This document shows, piece after piece, positions 1-9,315 of a stretch of DNA of 64,000 nt. The position numbers and the translations under genes were made by a program. Source of the DNA: Candidatus Woesearchaeota archaeon (GTDB lineage: Archaea; Nanobdellota; Nanobdellia; Woesearchaeales; ARS49); assembly GCA_038868995.1 (NCBI GenBank), contig JAWCRZ010000004.1, positions 4,967 to 68,966 of the forward strand, written 5' to 3'. How positions within the stretch are numbered: position 1 is the stretch's first letter; every line of letters starts with the position of its first letter. Below the pieces are notes generated by a model. That model was not told the origin of the DNA. It saw nothing but the letters and a program-made list of their open reading frames with translations, and made no database searches.

Positions 1-1
1 G

Positions 2-601
2 GGAATTATTGCAGTTGCCGACCAGCTCAAGCCGTTTGCAAAAGAGGCAGTTGCAGAATTGCACGCATTGGGCAAGAAAGTTATGCTTATTACGGGCGAC
101 AACGAGCGCACCGGAAGGGCGATTGCATTGCAGGCAGGGATTGATGATGTGATGGCAAATGTTCTGCCTGCCCAAAAAGCGGAAAAAATCAAGGAATTGC
201 AGGCAAAAGGCATGAAGGTTGCAATGGTTGGCGATGGAATTAATGATGCGCCTGCTTTGACGCAGGCAGATGTTGGAATTGCAATCGGCTCTGGAACTGA
301 TATTGCTATTGAGGCGGGCAGTGTTGTTCTAATCAAGAGCGATGTTCGTGATGTGGTCACAGCGATGTCGCTGAGCAAGTATGCAATGTACAAGATAAGG
401 CAGAACCTGTTCTGGGCGTTTGCCTACAATATAATATTGATTCCTGTTGCTGCTGGCTTGATGTATCCTGTTACGGGCTGGTTGTTGAATCCTGCTTTGG
501 CAGGTCTTGCTATGGCTTTCAGCAGTGTTTCTGTTGTTTCCAACAGCTTGCTTATGCGAAGGTATAAGCCGAAATTGGCGAATCGTGTGCCATCACCATA
601 A
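2..601 (+). CDS. P1B-type (heavy-metal/copper-type) P-type ATPase, C-terminal fragment; the 5' end lies outside the window
   Basis: The frame is open from the window edge. It carries the hinge motif VAMVGDGINDAPAL and the last TM helices NLFWAFAYNIILIPVAAG, typical of CopA/ZntA-class pumps. Metal specificity cannot be determined from this fragment. Confidence 0.85.
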   Translation, partial: GIIAVADQLKPFAKEAVAELHALGKKVMLITGDNERTGRAIALQAGIDDVMANVLPAQKAEKIKELQAKGMKVAMVGDGINDAPALTQADVGIAIGSGTDIAIEAGSVVLIKSDVRDVVTAMSLSKYAMYKIRQNLFWAFAYNIILIPVAAGLMYPVTGWLLNPALAGLAMAFSSVSVVSNSLLMRRYKPKLANRVPSP

Positions 602-603
602 TC

Positions 604-611
604 TTTTTAAA
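604..611 (+). promoter_or_regulatory. Putative TATA box (TTTTTAAA) upstream of hppA
   Basis: An ATCTTTTTAAAGC motif lies about 50 nt upstream of ATG 661. The same 13-mer recurs at 4587-4599. A GGGGTG SD-like element precedes the ATG. Confidence 0.35.
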
Positions 612-660
612 GCCCTCCTTTCTCCCCCGGCTTATTACAATGGTATAGGGGTGTAGGACT

Positions 661-2619
661 ATGATATGGTATAGCATGGTGGTTATTGTTTTGATAGCTC
701 TCCTGGCATTGGTGTTTGCCGGGTTTACTGCGTCGCGAATTAGAAAGATGAACCCCGGCACGCCTCGAATGAAGGAAATTTCTGATGCAATTCATTCTGG
801 TGCAATGGCGTTCTTGAGGACGGAATACACAATTCTGGCAGTGTTTGTTGCAGTGGTTGCTGTTATTTTGGGGCTGCTGATCAGCTGGAAGTCATCGATA
901 TGCTTTTTGTCAGGCGCAGTTCTGTCAGCGAGTGCCGGCTTTGTCGGCATGAAGGTTGCCACTAAGGCGAACGTGCGCACGACTGAGGCAGCGCGTCATT
1001 CATTGCAGAATGGCTTGAAGGTAGCGTTTTCTTCAGGTGCTGTGCTGGGCATGACTGTTGTCGGCCTTGGATTGCTGGGCGTCACTGCTTTATACCTTAT
1101 TTTCCGTGATACTACGATTATTTTCAGCTTTGGGTTTGGAGCGTCGTCAATTGCTCTATTTGCGCGTGTCGGGGGCGGCATTTTCACAAAGGCGGCGGAC
1201 GTGGGTGCTGATTTGGTGGGCAAGGTTGAGAAGAACATTCCTGAGGATGACCCGAGAAACCCGGCAGTGATTGCTGACAATGTTGGCGATAACGTTGGCG
1301 ATGTTGCAGGGATGGGTGCTGACTTGTTTGAAAGCTATGTGGGCTCGATTATTGCGGCAATGGCGGTTGGCTTTGTTGTCTTTGGCCCGAACGGGTTGGT
1401 GCTTCCATTGGCTGTTTCAGCAGCAGGAATAATTGCTGCCATAGTCGGCACGTTTTTTGTAAGGACGAAGAACGAGCACGTTCATCCGGCATTGAGGAGA
1501 AGCTTGATTGTCAGCTCTGTTCTGGTTATTGCATTGTCGTACTGGCTGTCGGTGAGCATGTTGCAGAATATTGGAGTGTTTTACGCGATTGTTTCAGGCC
1601 TTGTTGCGGGCGTGCTGATCGGCCTGCTGACTGAGTATTATACTTCATATTCTTTCCGGCCGGTGAAGACAATTGCAAAGTCCTCATTGACTGGTCCGGC
1701 AACCAACATCATTCAGGGCATTGCGGTTGGTTTGGAATCAACGGCGTTGCCTATTGTTGTCATTTCAGTTGCGATTTTTGCCGCGTACCAGTTTGGCGGC
1801 TTATACGGCATTGCGATGGCTGCAGTTGGCATGCTGTCAACGCTGGGTATTTCTTTGGCTATTGACGCGTATGGTCCGGTTGCCGACAATGCAGGCGGCA
1901 TTGCAGAGATGGCTGGCTTGCCATCCGTTGTTCGCAAGCGCACTGATACGCTGGATGCTGTTGGCAACACAACTGCTGCAATGGGCAAGGGGTTTGCCAT
2001 TGGTTCTGCTGCGCTGACCGCGCTTGCATTGTTTTCAGCATTCATAGAGGCCTCAAAGGCAGGGGTCATTTCTATCACGACTCCGAAAGTCGTTATCGGC
2101 CTGTTTTTGGGCGGCGCGCTGCCGTTCTTGTTCTCGTCAATGACTATGCGCGCGGTGGGCAGGTCCGCGTTCAGCATGATTGAGGAGGTGCGCAGGCAGT
2201 TCAGGAGCATCAGGGGCTTGATGGAGGGCAGGGCAAAGCCGGATTACGCGAAATGTGTAAGCATTTCGACAAAAGCGGCGATTGCCCAGATGATTGCGCC
2301 GGGCTTGATTGCCGTTGCTACGCCGATTGTGATCGGCCGGTTTGTTGGAATTGACGCATTGGGCGGACTGCTTGCCGGCGCTTTGGTGTCCGGCACGCTG
2401 ATTGCCATCATGATGTCGAATGCAGGAGGCGCCTGGGATAATGCGAAAAAATTCATTGAGAAGGGCAAGCTTGGCGGCAAGGGCAGCGATGCGCACAAGG
2501 CAGCGGTTGTTGGCGACACTGTCGGCGACCCTATGAAGGACACAAGTGGCCCGTCCATCAACATCCTGATCAAGCTGATTTCAATAATATCAGTGGTGTT
2601 CGTGCCCTTTTTCCTTTGA
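661..2619 (+). CDS. hppA: Membrane-bound H+/Na+-translocating pyrophosphatase
   Basis: 652 aa and highly hydrophobic. It carries the signature motifs [41 protein letters not shown] and [26 protein letters not shown]. Confidence 0.95.
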   Translation: MIWYSMVVIVLIALLALVFAGFTASRIRKMNPGTPRMKEISDAIHSGAMAFLRTEYTILAVFVAVVAVILGLLISWKSSICFLSGAVLSASAGFVGMKVATKANVRTTEAARHSLQNGLKVAFSSGAVLGMTVVGLGLLGVTALYLIFRDTTIIFSFGFGASSIALFARVGGGIFTKAADVGADLVGKVEKNIPEDDPRNPAVIADNVGDNVGDVAGMGADLFESYVGSIIAAMAVGFVVFGPNGLVLPLAVSAAGIIAAIVGTFFVRTKNEHVHPALRRSLIVSSVLVIALSYWLSVSMLQNIGVFYAIVSGLVAGVLIGLLTEYYTSYSFRPVKTIAKSSLTGPATNIIQGIAVGLESTALPIVVISVAIFAAYQFGGLYGIAMAAVGMLSTLGISLAIDAYGPVADNAGGIAEMAGLPSVVRKRTDTLDAVGNTTAAMGKGFAIGSAALTALALFSAFIEASKAGVISITTPKVVIGLFLGGALPFLFSSMTMRAVGRSAFSMIEEVRRQFRSIRGLMEGRAKPDYAKCVSISTKAAIAQMIAPGLIAVATPIVIGRFVGIDALGGLLAGALVSGTLIAIMMSNAGGAWDNAKKFIEKGKLGGKGSDAHKAAVVGDTVGDPMKDTSGPSINILIKLISIISVVFVPFFL

Positions 2620-2622
2620 TTA

Positions 2623-2630
2623 TTTTTTTT
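2623..2630 (+). terminator. Oligo-T tract (T8) right after the hppA stop, between convergent genes
   Basis: The T8 run begins 4 nt after the stop codon. Archaeal termination commonly uses oligo-T tracts. No hairpin is required or seen. Confidence 0.3.
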
Positions 2631-2635
2631 ATTAT

Positions 2636-3379
2636 TTACCCACAGTTATCATCGTCTGCGGTTTTGCCTCTAAAGGCGGTGTAGAACGCAGTTGCCATGC
2701 CCAAATAAGTTTTTGGGTTCAAAAGCTTTTCTACGAAGTCTGCTGCTCTCTGTCCGATTGTTTTTGGGCATTTGCCGGTTTTGTGCGACTCAATAAACTT
2801 TGATATGCAGTTGTATTTTGTCTTGCAACTCCTGCCTTCAAGCAAACAGTTTTCTTCTGCTTGTGCGAGTTTTAGCAGTTCTTCGCGTGTGCCGAATCTT
2901 TCTTCATACATTTTGATTATTTTTTCTTTTTCCTCTACTTTGTTGTCTGCGAGGAGAAGAGCGAGTTGTATGCCAAACTTGTAGTTTTCGCTTCGGATTT
3001 TTTCTTTTTTAAGTTCTTCCTCAAGGCGGGTTTTGTCAGAGTATTGCCTGTACAGGTCGTTTTGGACAAGTTCAACGCGCGCCTCAGCGATTTTTTGCGC
3101 CAGTATGCTGTTTTTCGCTGTGCGGAGCGCGTATTCTACAAGACCAATATGTACCTTAAGCCAGAATTCCGCGTCGCCTATTGGCGCGTAAATTGTTCTT
3201 GGCAGCTGGCTGGCGGGCTCTGTGTTTCCAATTTTAATCACCCTGCTGTCTTCAAGTGAATTATCGTCTTTCACGTCCAGCGGATGCTCGCGCACTATTG
3301 GAATGTCTGCTCTGCTGATTTGCATATCCTCATTGCTGCACTGTTCTTCAAGACCCATATCACTCACTTGGATTTGCAT
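2636..3379 (-). CDS. Hypothetical protein with a central coiled-coil region
   Basis: 247-aa ORF with E/K-rich heptad-like stretches (RLEEELKKEKIRSENYK). I recognise no family motif. Confidence 0.5.
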   Translation of the reverse strand: MQIQVSDMGLEEQCSNEDMQISRADIPIVREHPLDVKDDNSLEDSRVIKIGNTEPASQLPRTIYAPIGDAEFWLKVHIGLVEYALRTAKNSILAQKIAEARVELVQNDLYRQYSDKTRLEEELKKEKIRSENYKFGIQLALLLADNKVEEKEKIIKMYEERFGTREELLKLAQAEENCLLEGRSCKTKYNCISKFIESHKTGKCPKTIGQRAADFVEKLLNPKTYLGMATAFYTAFRGKTADDDNCG

Positions 3380-3444
3380 ACGGGTTGTTGATTTATAATG
3401 ATTGCGACATAAAATTATTAAGCGGGCGCCATCACAACCCAGTT

Positions 3445-4392
3445 ATGAAATTGTTTCCAAAGAGGAGGCCGTACAGGAAGGGTTATTTTCCGGTTGGTGA
3501 CGGGCATGAAATATATTACGCGCTGTACGGCAACCCGAAAGGGATTCCAGTGCTTTTTGTTCACGGCGGACCCGGCGCTGGATGCAATGAGGATGCGCAC
3601 AGGCATTTTAATCCGAAAAAGTTTAACATTTTGACTGTTGACCAGCGTGGCGCTGGCAGGAGCAGACCGTATGCAGGCTTGCGTGCGAATACCACTCAAA
3701 AGCTTGTGCAGGATTTCAGAAAGTTGCTCAAGTTTTTGAAAATTAAGAAAGTTTTCTTGTTTGGAGGCAGCTGGGGCTCTTGCTTGTCATTATGCTATGC
3801 TATAAAGTACCCACATACGGTGCTTGGCATGGTGCTGCGCGGCATTTACCTTGGCACTCGCCGTGAAAACGAGTATTTCTTGAAAGGCGGTCCAAAGTCG
3901 CATTTTCCCGAGGTGTGGGAGCGTTTCCTTAGCTTTGTTCCTAAGAAAAACAGGCGAAACCCGGCGCAGTTTTATTGGAAAATGATGAATTCTGAAAACA
4001 GGAAAACCTCTTACAAGCACTGTTATGAATGGACGCTGTACGAGAGCAGTATGCTGCACTTGAAATATGACCCGAAAAAGGTGCGGAAAAGCATCAAGCG
4101 CAAATGGGTTGAGGCGCTTGCGAAGCTTGAGGCAAAATATTTGATGAATGACTGCTTCCTTCCCCCGAATTATATTATGCGCAACGCGAAAAAGATAATA
4201 CACATCCCTGTTTCAATCGTGCACGGAAGGTACGATTTTGTCTGCACGCCTGATGTTGCGTACGGCTTGCACAAGGCATTGCCAAAGTCAAAGCTTCACT
4301 TTGTGCTTGCAGGGCATTCAATTGCAGATCCTCAGAATAGGGGATTGCTTATTAAAGAGATTCACGAGATGGCAAGAAAATATGGACGCTGA
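3445..4392 (+). CDS. pip: Proline iminopeptidase (alpha/beta hydrolase)
   Basis: It has HGGPGAG near the N-terminus, the nucleophile elbow GGSWGS and a C-terminal VHGRYD...GH. I prefer ATG 3445 over the TTG at 3385 given in the ORF track. Confidence 0.85.
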   Translation: MKLFPKRRPYRKGYFPVGDGHEIYYALYGNPKGIPVLFVHGGPGAGCNEDAHRHFNPKKFNILTVDQRGAGRSRPYAGLRANTTQKLVQDFRKLLKFLKIKKVFLFGGSWGSCLSLCYAIKYPHTVLGMVLRGIYLGTRRENEYFLKGGPKSHFPEVWERFLSFVPKKNRRNPAQFYWKMMNSENRKTSYKHCYEWTLYESSMLHLKYDPKKVRKSIKRKWVEALAKLEAKYLMNDCFLPPNYIMRNAKKIIHIPVSIVHGRYDFVCTPDVAYGLHKALPKSKLHFVLAGHSIADPQNRGLLIKEIHEMARKYGR

Positions 4393-4434
4393 ACAAATAG
4401 TTGCCTGATGGGTTCTGAAGGCGCACTCTGCAAT

Positions 4435-4569
4435 GGTTCTGTCAACTTAATGGTGCTGGCCGCTCTGCCTCGCTATGCAGGGGTCATTTTTCCTCCGCAC
4501 CTGCGAGGAGGAGAGAAAAATGAGTCCAGAGGACCAAAGGCAAGTTAGCACCAGAAACTTGACTTAACC
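4435..4569 (+). mobile_element. MITE copy 1 (orientation GGTKCTGTCAAC...GACTTAACC)
   Basis: 135 bp and non-coding. It has imperfect terminal inverted repeats and a central hairpin. It is flanked by the direct repeat CTCTGCAAT (4426-4434) / CTCTGCAAG (4570-4578). It is near-identical to the copies at 7072, 22090, 45793 and 51795. Confidence 0.8.
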
Positions 4570-4589
4570 CTCTGCAAGTGTCCTAAATC

Positions 4590-4597
4590 TTTTTAAA
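4590..4597 (+). promoter_or_regulatory. Putative TATA box (TTTTTAAA) for the VIT1-family gene
   Basis: The TATA centre lies about 26 nt upstream of ATG 4620 and 17 nt upstream of ATG 4611. This suggests a leaderless transcript starting at the second ATG. Confidence 0.4.
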
Positions 4598-4610
4598 GCA
4601 ATTGACATCT

Positions 4611-5318
4611 ATGGCAAGTATGGCAAAAAGAGAGGTGATGCACGAGCGCGGCTCTGCGGTTATCCGTGATGTTATTCTTGGCGGCCAGGATGGGCTGGTG
4701 AACGTGCTGGGCATTGTTCTTGCTGTTGCAGAGGCGACGCAGAGCAGGTACATCATTCTCATTTCAGGCCTTGCAGCCACTTTTGCAGAGTCGATATCAA
4801 TGGCTGCTGTCGCATATACGAGCGCGAAAGCCGGCAGGGAGTTTTACCGGAAGAAGCGCGAGGAGATTGAGGTAATGGTTAAGAAAAATCCCGAGTCAGC
4901 ACGCCCTGTTTTGCGGGAGATGTTTTCCAGGTGCGGATTGCAAGGGACTTTGTTAAACAAGGCAATCCAGTCGTTAATGTCCGACAAAAAGCGTCTTCAC
5001 GAGGCGTGGGTTTCCGCAGAGATGCGGCAGGCAGAAGAATTTGAGCATCCTGTCAGGGATGCAGTCATTGTCGGACTTGCGGCAATTGTCGGTTCTCTTG
5101 TTCCTCTGGTTCCTTTTATTTTTGTGCCTACTGGCGTTGCCATGTGGACTACGTTGGGAATTGCAACTCTTACCTTGTTTGCCAGCGGAGCAATAAAGGC
5201 AAAATATACTGCTGCCGACCCTTTCAAGTCAGGGCTTGAGATGGCTGTTGTCGGAATGACTGCGGCTATTGCGGGCTATCTGATTGGCGTGGCATTGGGG
5301 GCTTTGCCGATAGCATGA
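4611..5318 (+). CDS. VIT1/CCC1-family iron/manganese transporter
   Basis: It has the VILGGQDGLVNVLGIVLAVA motif, a helical cytoplasmic insert and C-terminal TM helices. An alternative start is ATG 4620. Confidence 0.8.
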   Translation: MASMAKREVMHERGSAVIRDVILGGQDGLVNVLGIVLAVAEATQSRYIILISGLAATFAESISMAAVAYTSAKAGREFYRKKREEIEVMVKKNPESARPVLREMFSRCGLQGTLLNKAIQSLMSDKKRLHEAWVSAEMRQAEEFEHPVRDAVIVGLAAIVGSLVPLVPFIFVPTGVAMWTTLGIATLTLFASGAIKAKYTAADPFKSGLEMAVVGMTAAIAGYLIGVALGALPIA

Positions 5319-6268
5319 GGCATCCTGAAGCTTCCAGAGTGTATTTCTTGGAAAAAAAGCCGGAGTGGCTGAAGATTAAGCTGTATTCAGGAGAAAAGTT
5401 TGACAAGATAAAGAACGCATTGAGAAAAAGAAATCTATACACCGTCTGCGAGGAAAGCCGCTGCCCGAATATTCCTGAGTGCTGGTCTAATGAAGGCACT
5501 GCAACTTTTCTGCTTATGGGGGATGTCTGCACGAGAGCTTGCAGGTTCTGTCATATCAAGACCGCTTATCCTGCAAAACCGCTTGATGCCGAAGAGCCGG
5601 TGAAGCTTGCAGAGGCGATTGCCGAGATGGACCTTGATTACGCTGTTCTTACTTCTGTCACCCGTGATGATTTGAAGGACGGCGGTGCTGCGCATTTTGC
5701 ATCATGCATCAGGGAAATAAAAAAAAGGCATCCCAATGCTTTAATTGAAGTTTTGACGCCTGATTTCAGGGGCAGTAAAGATGCCATTAAGACAGTTGTT
5801 GATGCAAAGCCTGATGTTTTTGCGCACAACATTGAAACAGTGAGAGACCTGCAAAAAAAGATTCGCGACCCGCGTGCAAATATGGACCAGAGCTTGTTTG
5901 TGCTGAAATATGTTAAAGAGCTTGATCCTGATATTATTACAAAATCTTCAATGATGCTCGGCATTGGAGAAACAGAAGAGCAGATTGTCAGCGCGATGAA
6001 TGAATTGCGTGCTGCAGGTGTCCAGATTCTTACGCTCGGGCAGTATTTGCGCCCCAGTTCGTGGCACGTGCCTGTTTTTGAATATGTTCATCCCGATAAG
6101 TTTAAGAAACTGCAGGCCATTGCTGAAGGCAAGGGGTTCCTTTTTGTCGCGGCAGGTCCTTTTGTGAGGAGTTCCTACCGTGCAGGGGAATTGTTTGTAA
6201 AGCACGTGAGAAATGGCAAGCGGTCTGGAGAAAACAATCATGGAACAGAAAATCCGGCTTATTCCTGA
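5315..6268 (+). CDS. lipA: Lipoyl synthase (radical SAM)
   Basis: It carries both Cys clusters, CEESRCPNIPEC (CX4CX5C) and CTRACRFC (CX3CX2C), plus C-terminal RSSY. It overlaps the upstream stop by 4 nt. Confidence 0.95.
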   Translation: MRHPEASRVYFLEKKPEWLKIKLYSGEKFDKIKNALRKRNLYTVCEESRCPNIPECWSNEGTATFLLMGDVCTRACRFCHIKTAYPAKPLDAEEPVKLAEAIAEMDLDYAVLTSVTRDDLKDGGAAHFASCIREIKKRHPNALIEVLTPDFRGSKDAIKTVVDAKPDVFAHNIETVRDLQKKIRDPRANMDQSLFVLKYVKELDPDIITKSSMMLGIGETEEQIVSAMNELRAAGVQILTLGQYLRPSSWHVPVFEYVHPDKFKKLQAIAEGKGFLFVAAGPFVRSSYRAGELFVKHVRNGKRSGENNHGTENPAYS

Positions 6269-7064
6269 AGTGTTGTTTTTGGATGGAGCCACAACAATGG
6301 CGTTGCATGAGCACTTGATGCTCCGGCGGCAGCCTGCATTGGTTTTGTCTCATTTTGTTCCTGCAACTGTAACTTTTGGCAAAAACGTTCATGTTGCCTC
6401 TCTGCCGGAAGCGTGCAAAAACAGCAGTTTGCCGGCTGTCAGAAGGATGACTGGTGGCGAGATTTTATACCACGCTGAATCCGATATTACTTATGCGTTT
6501 ACCAGTGTGCCTGAAGATTCTGAGTTGAATATTTCTAAAGCCGCATTATCTGTAATGCGGAATTTGATGGATGGGCTCGAATGTCTTGGCATTAAAACTT
6601 ACTCAAGGCGTGGAACTTCAATTTTTGCGAAAGTTGGTAATGTATATAAGAAGATTGCAGGCAGCGCACCCTGCCAGGAGGTTGGCAGGCCGTTTTTGGT
6701 TCATGGAAGCATTTTTTATGATGTGCCTGACTTTGAACTTCTTTCAAAAGTATATTGTTACTCTCCTGAACAGTTGCGGCAAGGCATTACGTGGATTAAG
6801 GAGCACAGGAATATTTCATTGGGGCAGGCATACGAATCAATCAGGATTGGTTTTATTAATGGCAGAAAGTATGAGGCGCGCTCATTGAGCGATGAAGAGA
6901 TTGCTGATATAAAGCGGCTGGCTGAAAAGTATGCAGGCCGGCTGCATTATCAAGGTACTGGCTGTGAGCGCCCAGGCAAGGCGTGCGCTATGGAATTTGG
7001 CACGCATATGGAGCTGAAAGACGTTGCTCCAAAGTACATCAAGCCCGACCGTATTATAGAATAA
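6240..7064 (+). CDS. Lipoate-protein ligase / octanoyltransferase family protein (LplA/LipM-like catalytic domain)
   Basis: It has RRMTGGEILYH and the lysine motif KKIAGSA characteristic of the BPL/LplA/LipB fold. It lies next to lipA and the E1/E2 genes. Ligase versus octanoyltransferase cannot be decided by eye. Confidence 0.75.
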   Translation: MEQKIRLIPEVLFLDGATTMALHEHLMLRRQPALVLSHFVPATVTFGKNVHVASLPEACKNSSLPAVRRMTGGEILYHAESDITYAFTSVPEDSELNISKAALSVMRNLMDGLECLGIKTYSRRGTSIFAKVGNVYKKIAGSAPCQEVGRPFLVHGSIFYDVPDFELLSKVYCYSPEQLRQGITWIKEHRNISLGQAYESIRIGFINGRKYEARSLSDEEIADIKRLAEKYAGRLHYQGTGCERPGKACAMEFGTHMELKDVAPKYIKPDRIIE

Positions 7065-7071
7065 TTGTTCG

Positions 7072-7211
7072 GGTTAAGTCAGGTTTCGGGTGCTAACTTG
7101 CCTTTGGTCCTCTGGACTCATTTTTCTCTCCTCATCGCAAATGCGGAGGAGAGAAAAATGACCCCGGCAAAGCCGGGGCAGAGCTGCCCGCACCATTAAG
7201 TTGACAGCACC
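7072..7211 (-). mobile_element. MITE copy 2 (reverse orientation)
   Basis: 140 bp, flanked by a perfect 9-bp direct repeat AATTGTTCG (7063-7071 and 7212-7220). The central hairpin is TTTTTCTCTCCTCATCGCAAATGCGGAGGAGAGAAAAA. Confidence 0.85.
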
Positions 7212-7225
7212 AATTGTTCGAAAGC

Positions 7226-7233
7226 ATTATAAA
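7226..7233 (+). promoter_or_regulatory. Putative TATA box (ATTATAAA) for the E1alpha-E1beta-E2 operon
   Basis: It lies 6 nt after the MITE target-site duplication and about 41 nt before ATG 7271. That ATG is preceded by an AGAGGAAG SD-like element. Confidence 0.4.
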
Positions 7234-7270
7234 CGCGCGCGTGTATTATTTCTTTGCAAAAAGAGGAAGC

Positions 7271-8350
7271 ATGCAGAAGACAGTTGGCAAGTTTACGGTT
7301 AAGTACGTCCAAATTATTGACGAAAAGGGCAATGTTGACAGGAAATTGGAGCCAAAGTTGTCTCCGCAACAGTTGCGCGATCTGTATAGATGGATGGTTC
7401 TGGAAAGAACATTTGACAACACAGCGCTTGCGCTGCAAAGGGAAGGAAGGATTGGCACTTATGCGCAAAGTTTGGGGGAGGAGGCAGTGCACGTCGGCTC
7501 TGTTTTTGCGTGCAAGGATGAGGACTGGATTTTTCCCGATTACCGCGAGCATGCCGCTTTTTTGATGCGAAAGGTTCCGGTTAAGATGCTGTTGATGCAT
7601 TGGGGAGGCAGCGAGGATGGTATGTCGCTGCCCGACAAGGCAAACATCATGTCTGTCTGCATTCCTGTTGGGACGCAGACCTTGCATGGCGCCGGCGCTG
7701 CAATTGCGATGAAATTGCAGAAAAGGAAGGCGTGCACGCTGACGTTTGTTGGTGATGCCTCAACAAGCACCGGCGATTTTAATGAGGGGCTGAATTTTGC
7801 GGGTACGTATGTTGCGCCTGCTGTTTTTGTAATCCGTAACAATCAGTGGGCGATTTCTGTGCCCCGCACGTGCGGGAAGTCGGACTGGGGCGGTTGTCAG
7901 TCAAGAGCGGAGACGTTGGCGCAGAAGGCGATTGCTTTTGGATTTGATGGCATTCAGGTTGACGGCAATGACGTTCTCGCGGTTTATTCTGTGATAAAGC
8001 AGGCATTGGACAGGGCGCGCGCGGGAAAAGGTCCGACTCTTGTGGAATGTAACACTTATCGTCTTGGCCCTCACACGACTGCTGATGATCCTACAAGGTA
8101 CCAGGACCCGAAAGTTTTGAGGGAATGGCAGGCAAAGGAGCCGCTAAGTAGGTTTAGGGAGTATTTGAAAAAGAAGAAGTTGTTGGACAGGAAGTTTGAG
8201 GCGGCGGTGCAGGCAGAGGCGAAGCGGATTGTTGACCAGGGCGTTAAGGAGTTTGAGAAGCACAAGCCGTCGCCGACTGATATGTTTGATTTTGTGTACG
8301 AGAAACTTACGCCGAATTTGGAGGAGCAGCGGAAGGAATGGCAAAGCTGA
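7271..8350 (+). CDS. 2-oxoacid (pyruvate/branched-chain/acetoin-type) dehydrogenase E1 component, alpha subunit (TPP-dependent)
   Basis: It resembles the E1alpha family (YRWMVLERTFDNTALALQREGRIG, GDASTSTGDFNEGLNFA, RLGPHTTADDP). Substrate specificity is not assignable by eye. Confidence 0.9.
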   Translation: MQKTVGKFTVKYVQIIDEKGNVDRKLEPKLSPQQLRDLYRWMVLERTFDNTALALQREGRIGTYAQSLGEEAVHVGSVFACKDEDWIFPDYREHAAFLMRKVPVKMLLMHWGGSEDGMSLPDKANIMSVCIPVGTQTLHGAGAAIAMKLQKRKACTLTFVGDASTSTGDFNEGLNFAGTYVAPAVFVIRNNQWAISVPRTCGKSDWGGCQSRAETLAQKAIAFGFDGIQVDGNDVLAVYSVIKQALDRARAGKGPTLVECNTYRLGPHTTADDPTRYQDPKVLREWQAKEPLSRFREYLKKKKLLDRKFEAAVQAEAKRIVDQGVKEFEKHKPSPTDMFDFVYEKLTPNLEEQRKEWQS

Positions 8351-9315
8351 CCATTGTTGAGGCGGTGCGGGATGCGCTGGATGTGGAGCTTGGGAGAGAT
8401 GAAAGGGTTGTTGTTCTTGGGGAGGATGTTGGCAGGGACGGCGGTGTTTTCCGCGCAACTGACGGCTTGTGGAAGAAATATGGCGACCACCGGGTTATCG
8501 ATACTCCCCTTGCAGAGTCAGGCATTGTTGGCGTGAGCATCGGGATGGCATTGCAGGGATTGCTGCCTGTTGCTGAAATCCAGTTTGACGGCTTTACCTA
8601 TCCGGCGTTTGACCAGATGTTCTCTCACGCTGCCAGAATCAGGAATCGTACGCGCGGCAAATATACCTGCCCGATGGTGCTACGCTTTCCGTACGGCGGC
8701 GGCATTCGCGCGTTGGAACATCATAATGAAAGCCCTGAGGCGTATTTTGTGCATACGCCCGGCTTGAAAGTGGTTATTCCAAGCAATCCATATGATGCCA
8801 AGGGTCTGCTCATTTCTGCCATTCGCGACCCAGATCCGGTTGTCTTTATGGAGCCGAAGCGGATTTATCGTGCCATTCGTGATGAGGTGCCCGATGGCGA
8901 GTATACTGTTGAGATTGGCAAGGCAAAGATTGTGAATGAGGGGACTGATGTAACATTAATCGGCTGGGGCGCGATGATGCGCGAATGTTTGAAAGCTGCA
9001 GATTCGGCTGCAGCAAAGGGCATCCGTGCAGAAGTCATCGATGTAAGAACGCTGAATCCGTGCGATTGGGACACTTTATTGGCAAGCGTTCAAAAAACAG
9101 GAAGAGCTGTTGTTGTTCACGAAGCTCCGCGCACCTTGGGCTTTGGGGCGGAGATTGCTGCACGAATTCAGGAGAAGCTATTATTATATCTTAAAGCGCC
9201 TGTTCTGCGCGTGACTGGCTATGACGCTCCGTTCCCCTATTTTAAGCTTGAAGATGCCTATTTGCCAAATCCGGAAAAGATTGGCAAGGCAATTGAAAAG
9301 GTGATGACGTTCTGA
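8338..9315 (+). CDS. 2-oxoacid dehydrogenase E1 component, beta subunit
   Basis: It has the motifs VLGEDVG..GGVFRATDGL, DTPLAESGIVG and EIQFDGF. It overlaps the alpha subunit by 13 nt. Confidence 0.9.
   Translation: MAKLTIVEAVRDALDVELGRDERVVVLGEDVGRDGGVFRATDGLWKKYGDHRVIDTPLAESGIVGVSIGMALQGLLPVAEIQFDGFTYPAFDQMFSHAARIRNRTRGKYTCPMVLRFPYGGGIRALEHHNESPEAYFVHTPGLKVVIPSNPYDAKGLLISAIRDPDPVVFMEPKRIYRAIRDEVPDGEYTVEIGKAKIVNEGTDVTLIGWGAMMRECLKAADSAAAKGIRAEVIDVRTLNPCDWDTLLASVQKTGRAVVVHEAPRTLGFGAEIAARIQEKLLLYLKAPVLRVTGYDAPFPYFKLEDAYLPNPEKIGKAIEKVMTF

Noticed and set aside
3385-3444. TTG start that extends the proline iminopeptidase by 20 codons
   Set aside because: The extension (MLIYNDCDIKLLSGRHHNPV) is not part of the family's N-terminus. 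ATG 3445 gives the expected distance to HGGPGAG.
7196-7687. 163-aa minus-strand ORF overlapping MITE copy 2 and the E1alpha 5' region
   Set aside because: It is antisense to a confidently identified gene and has a Q/R/L/N-rich composition.
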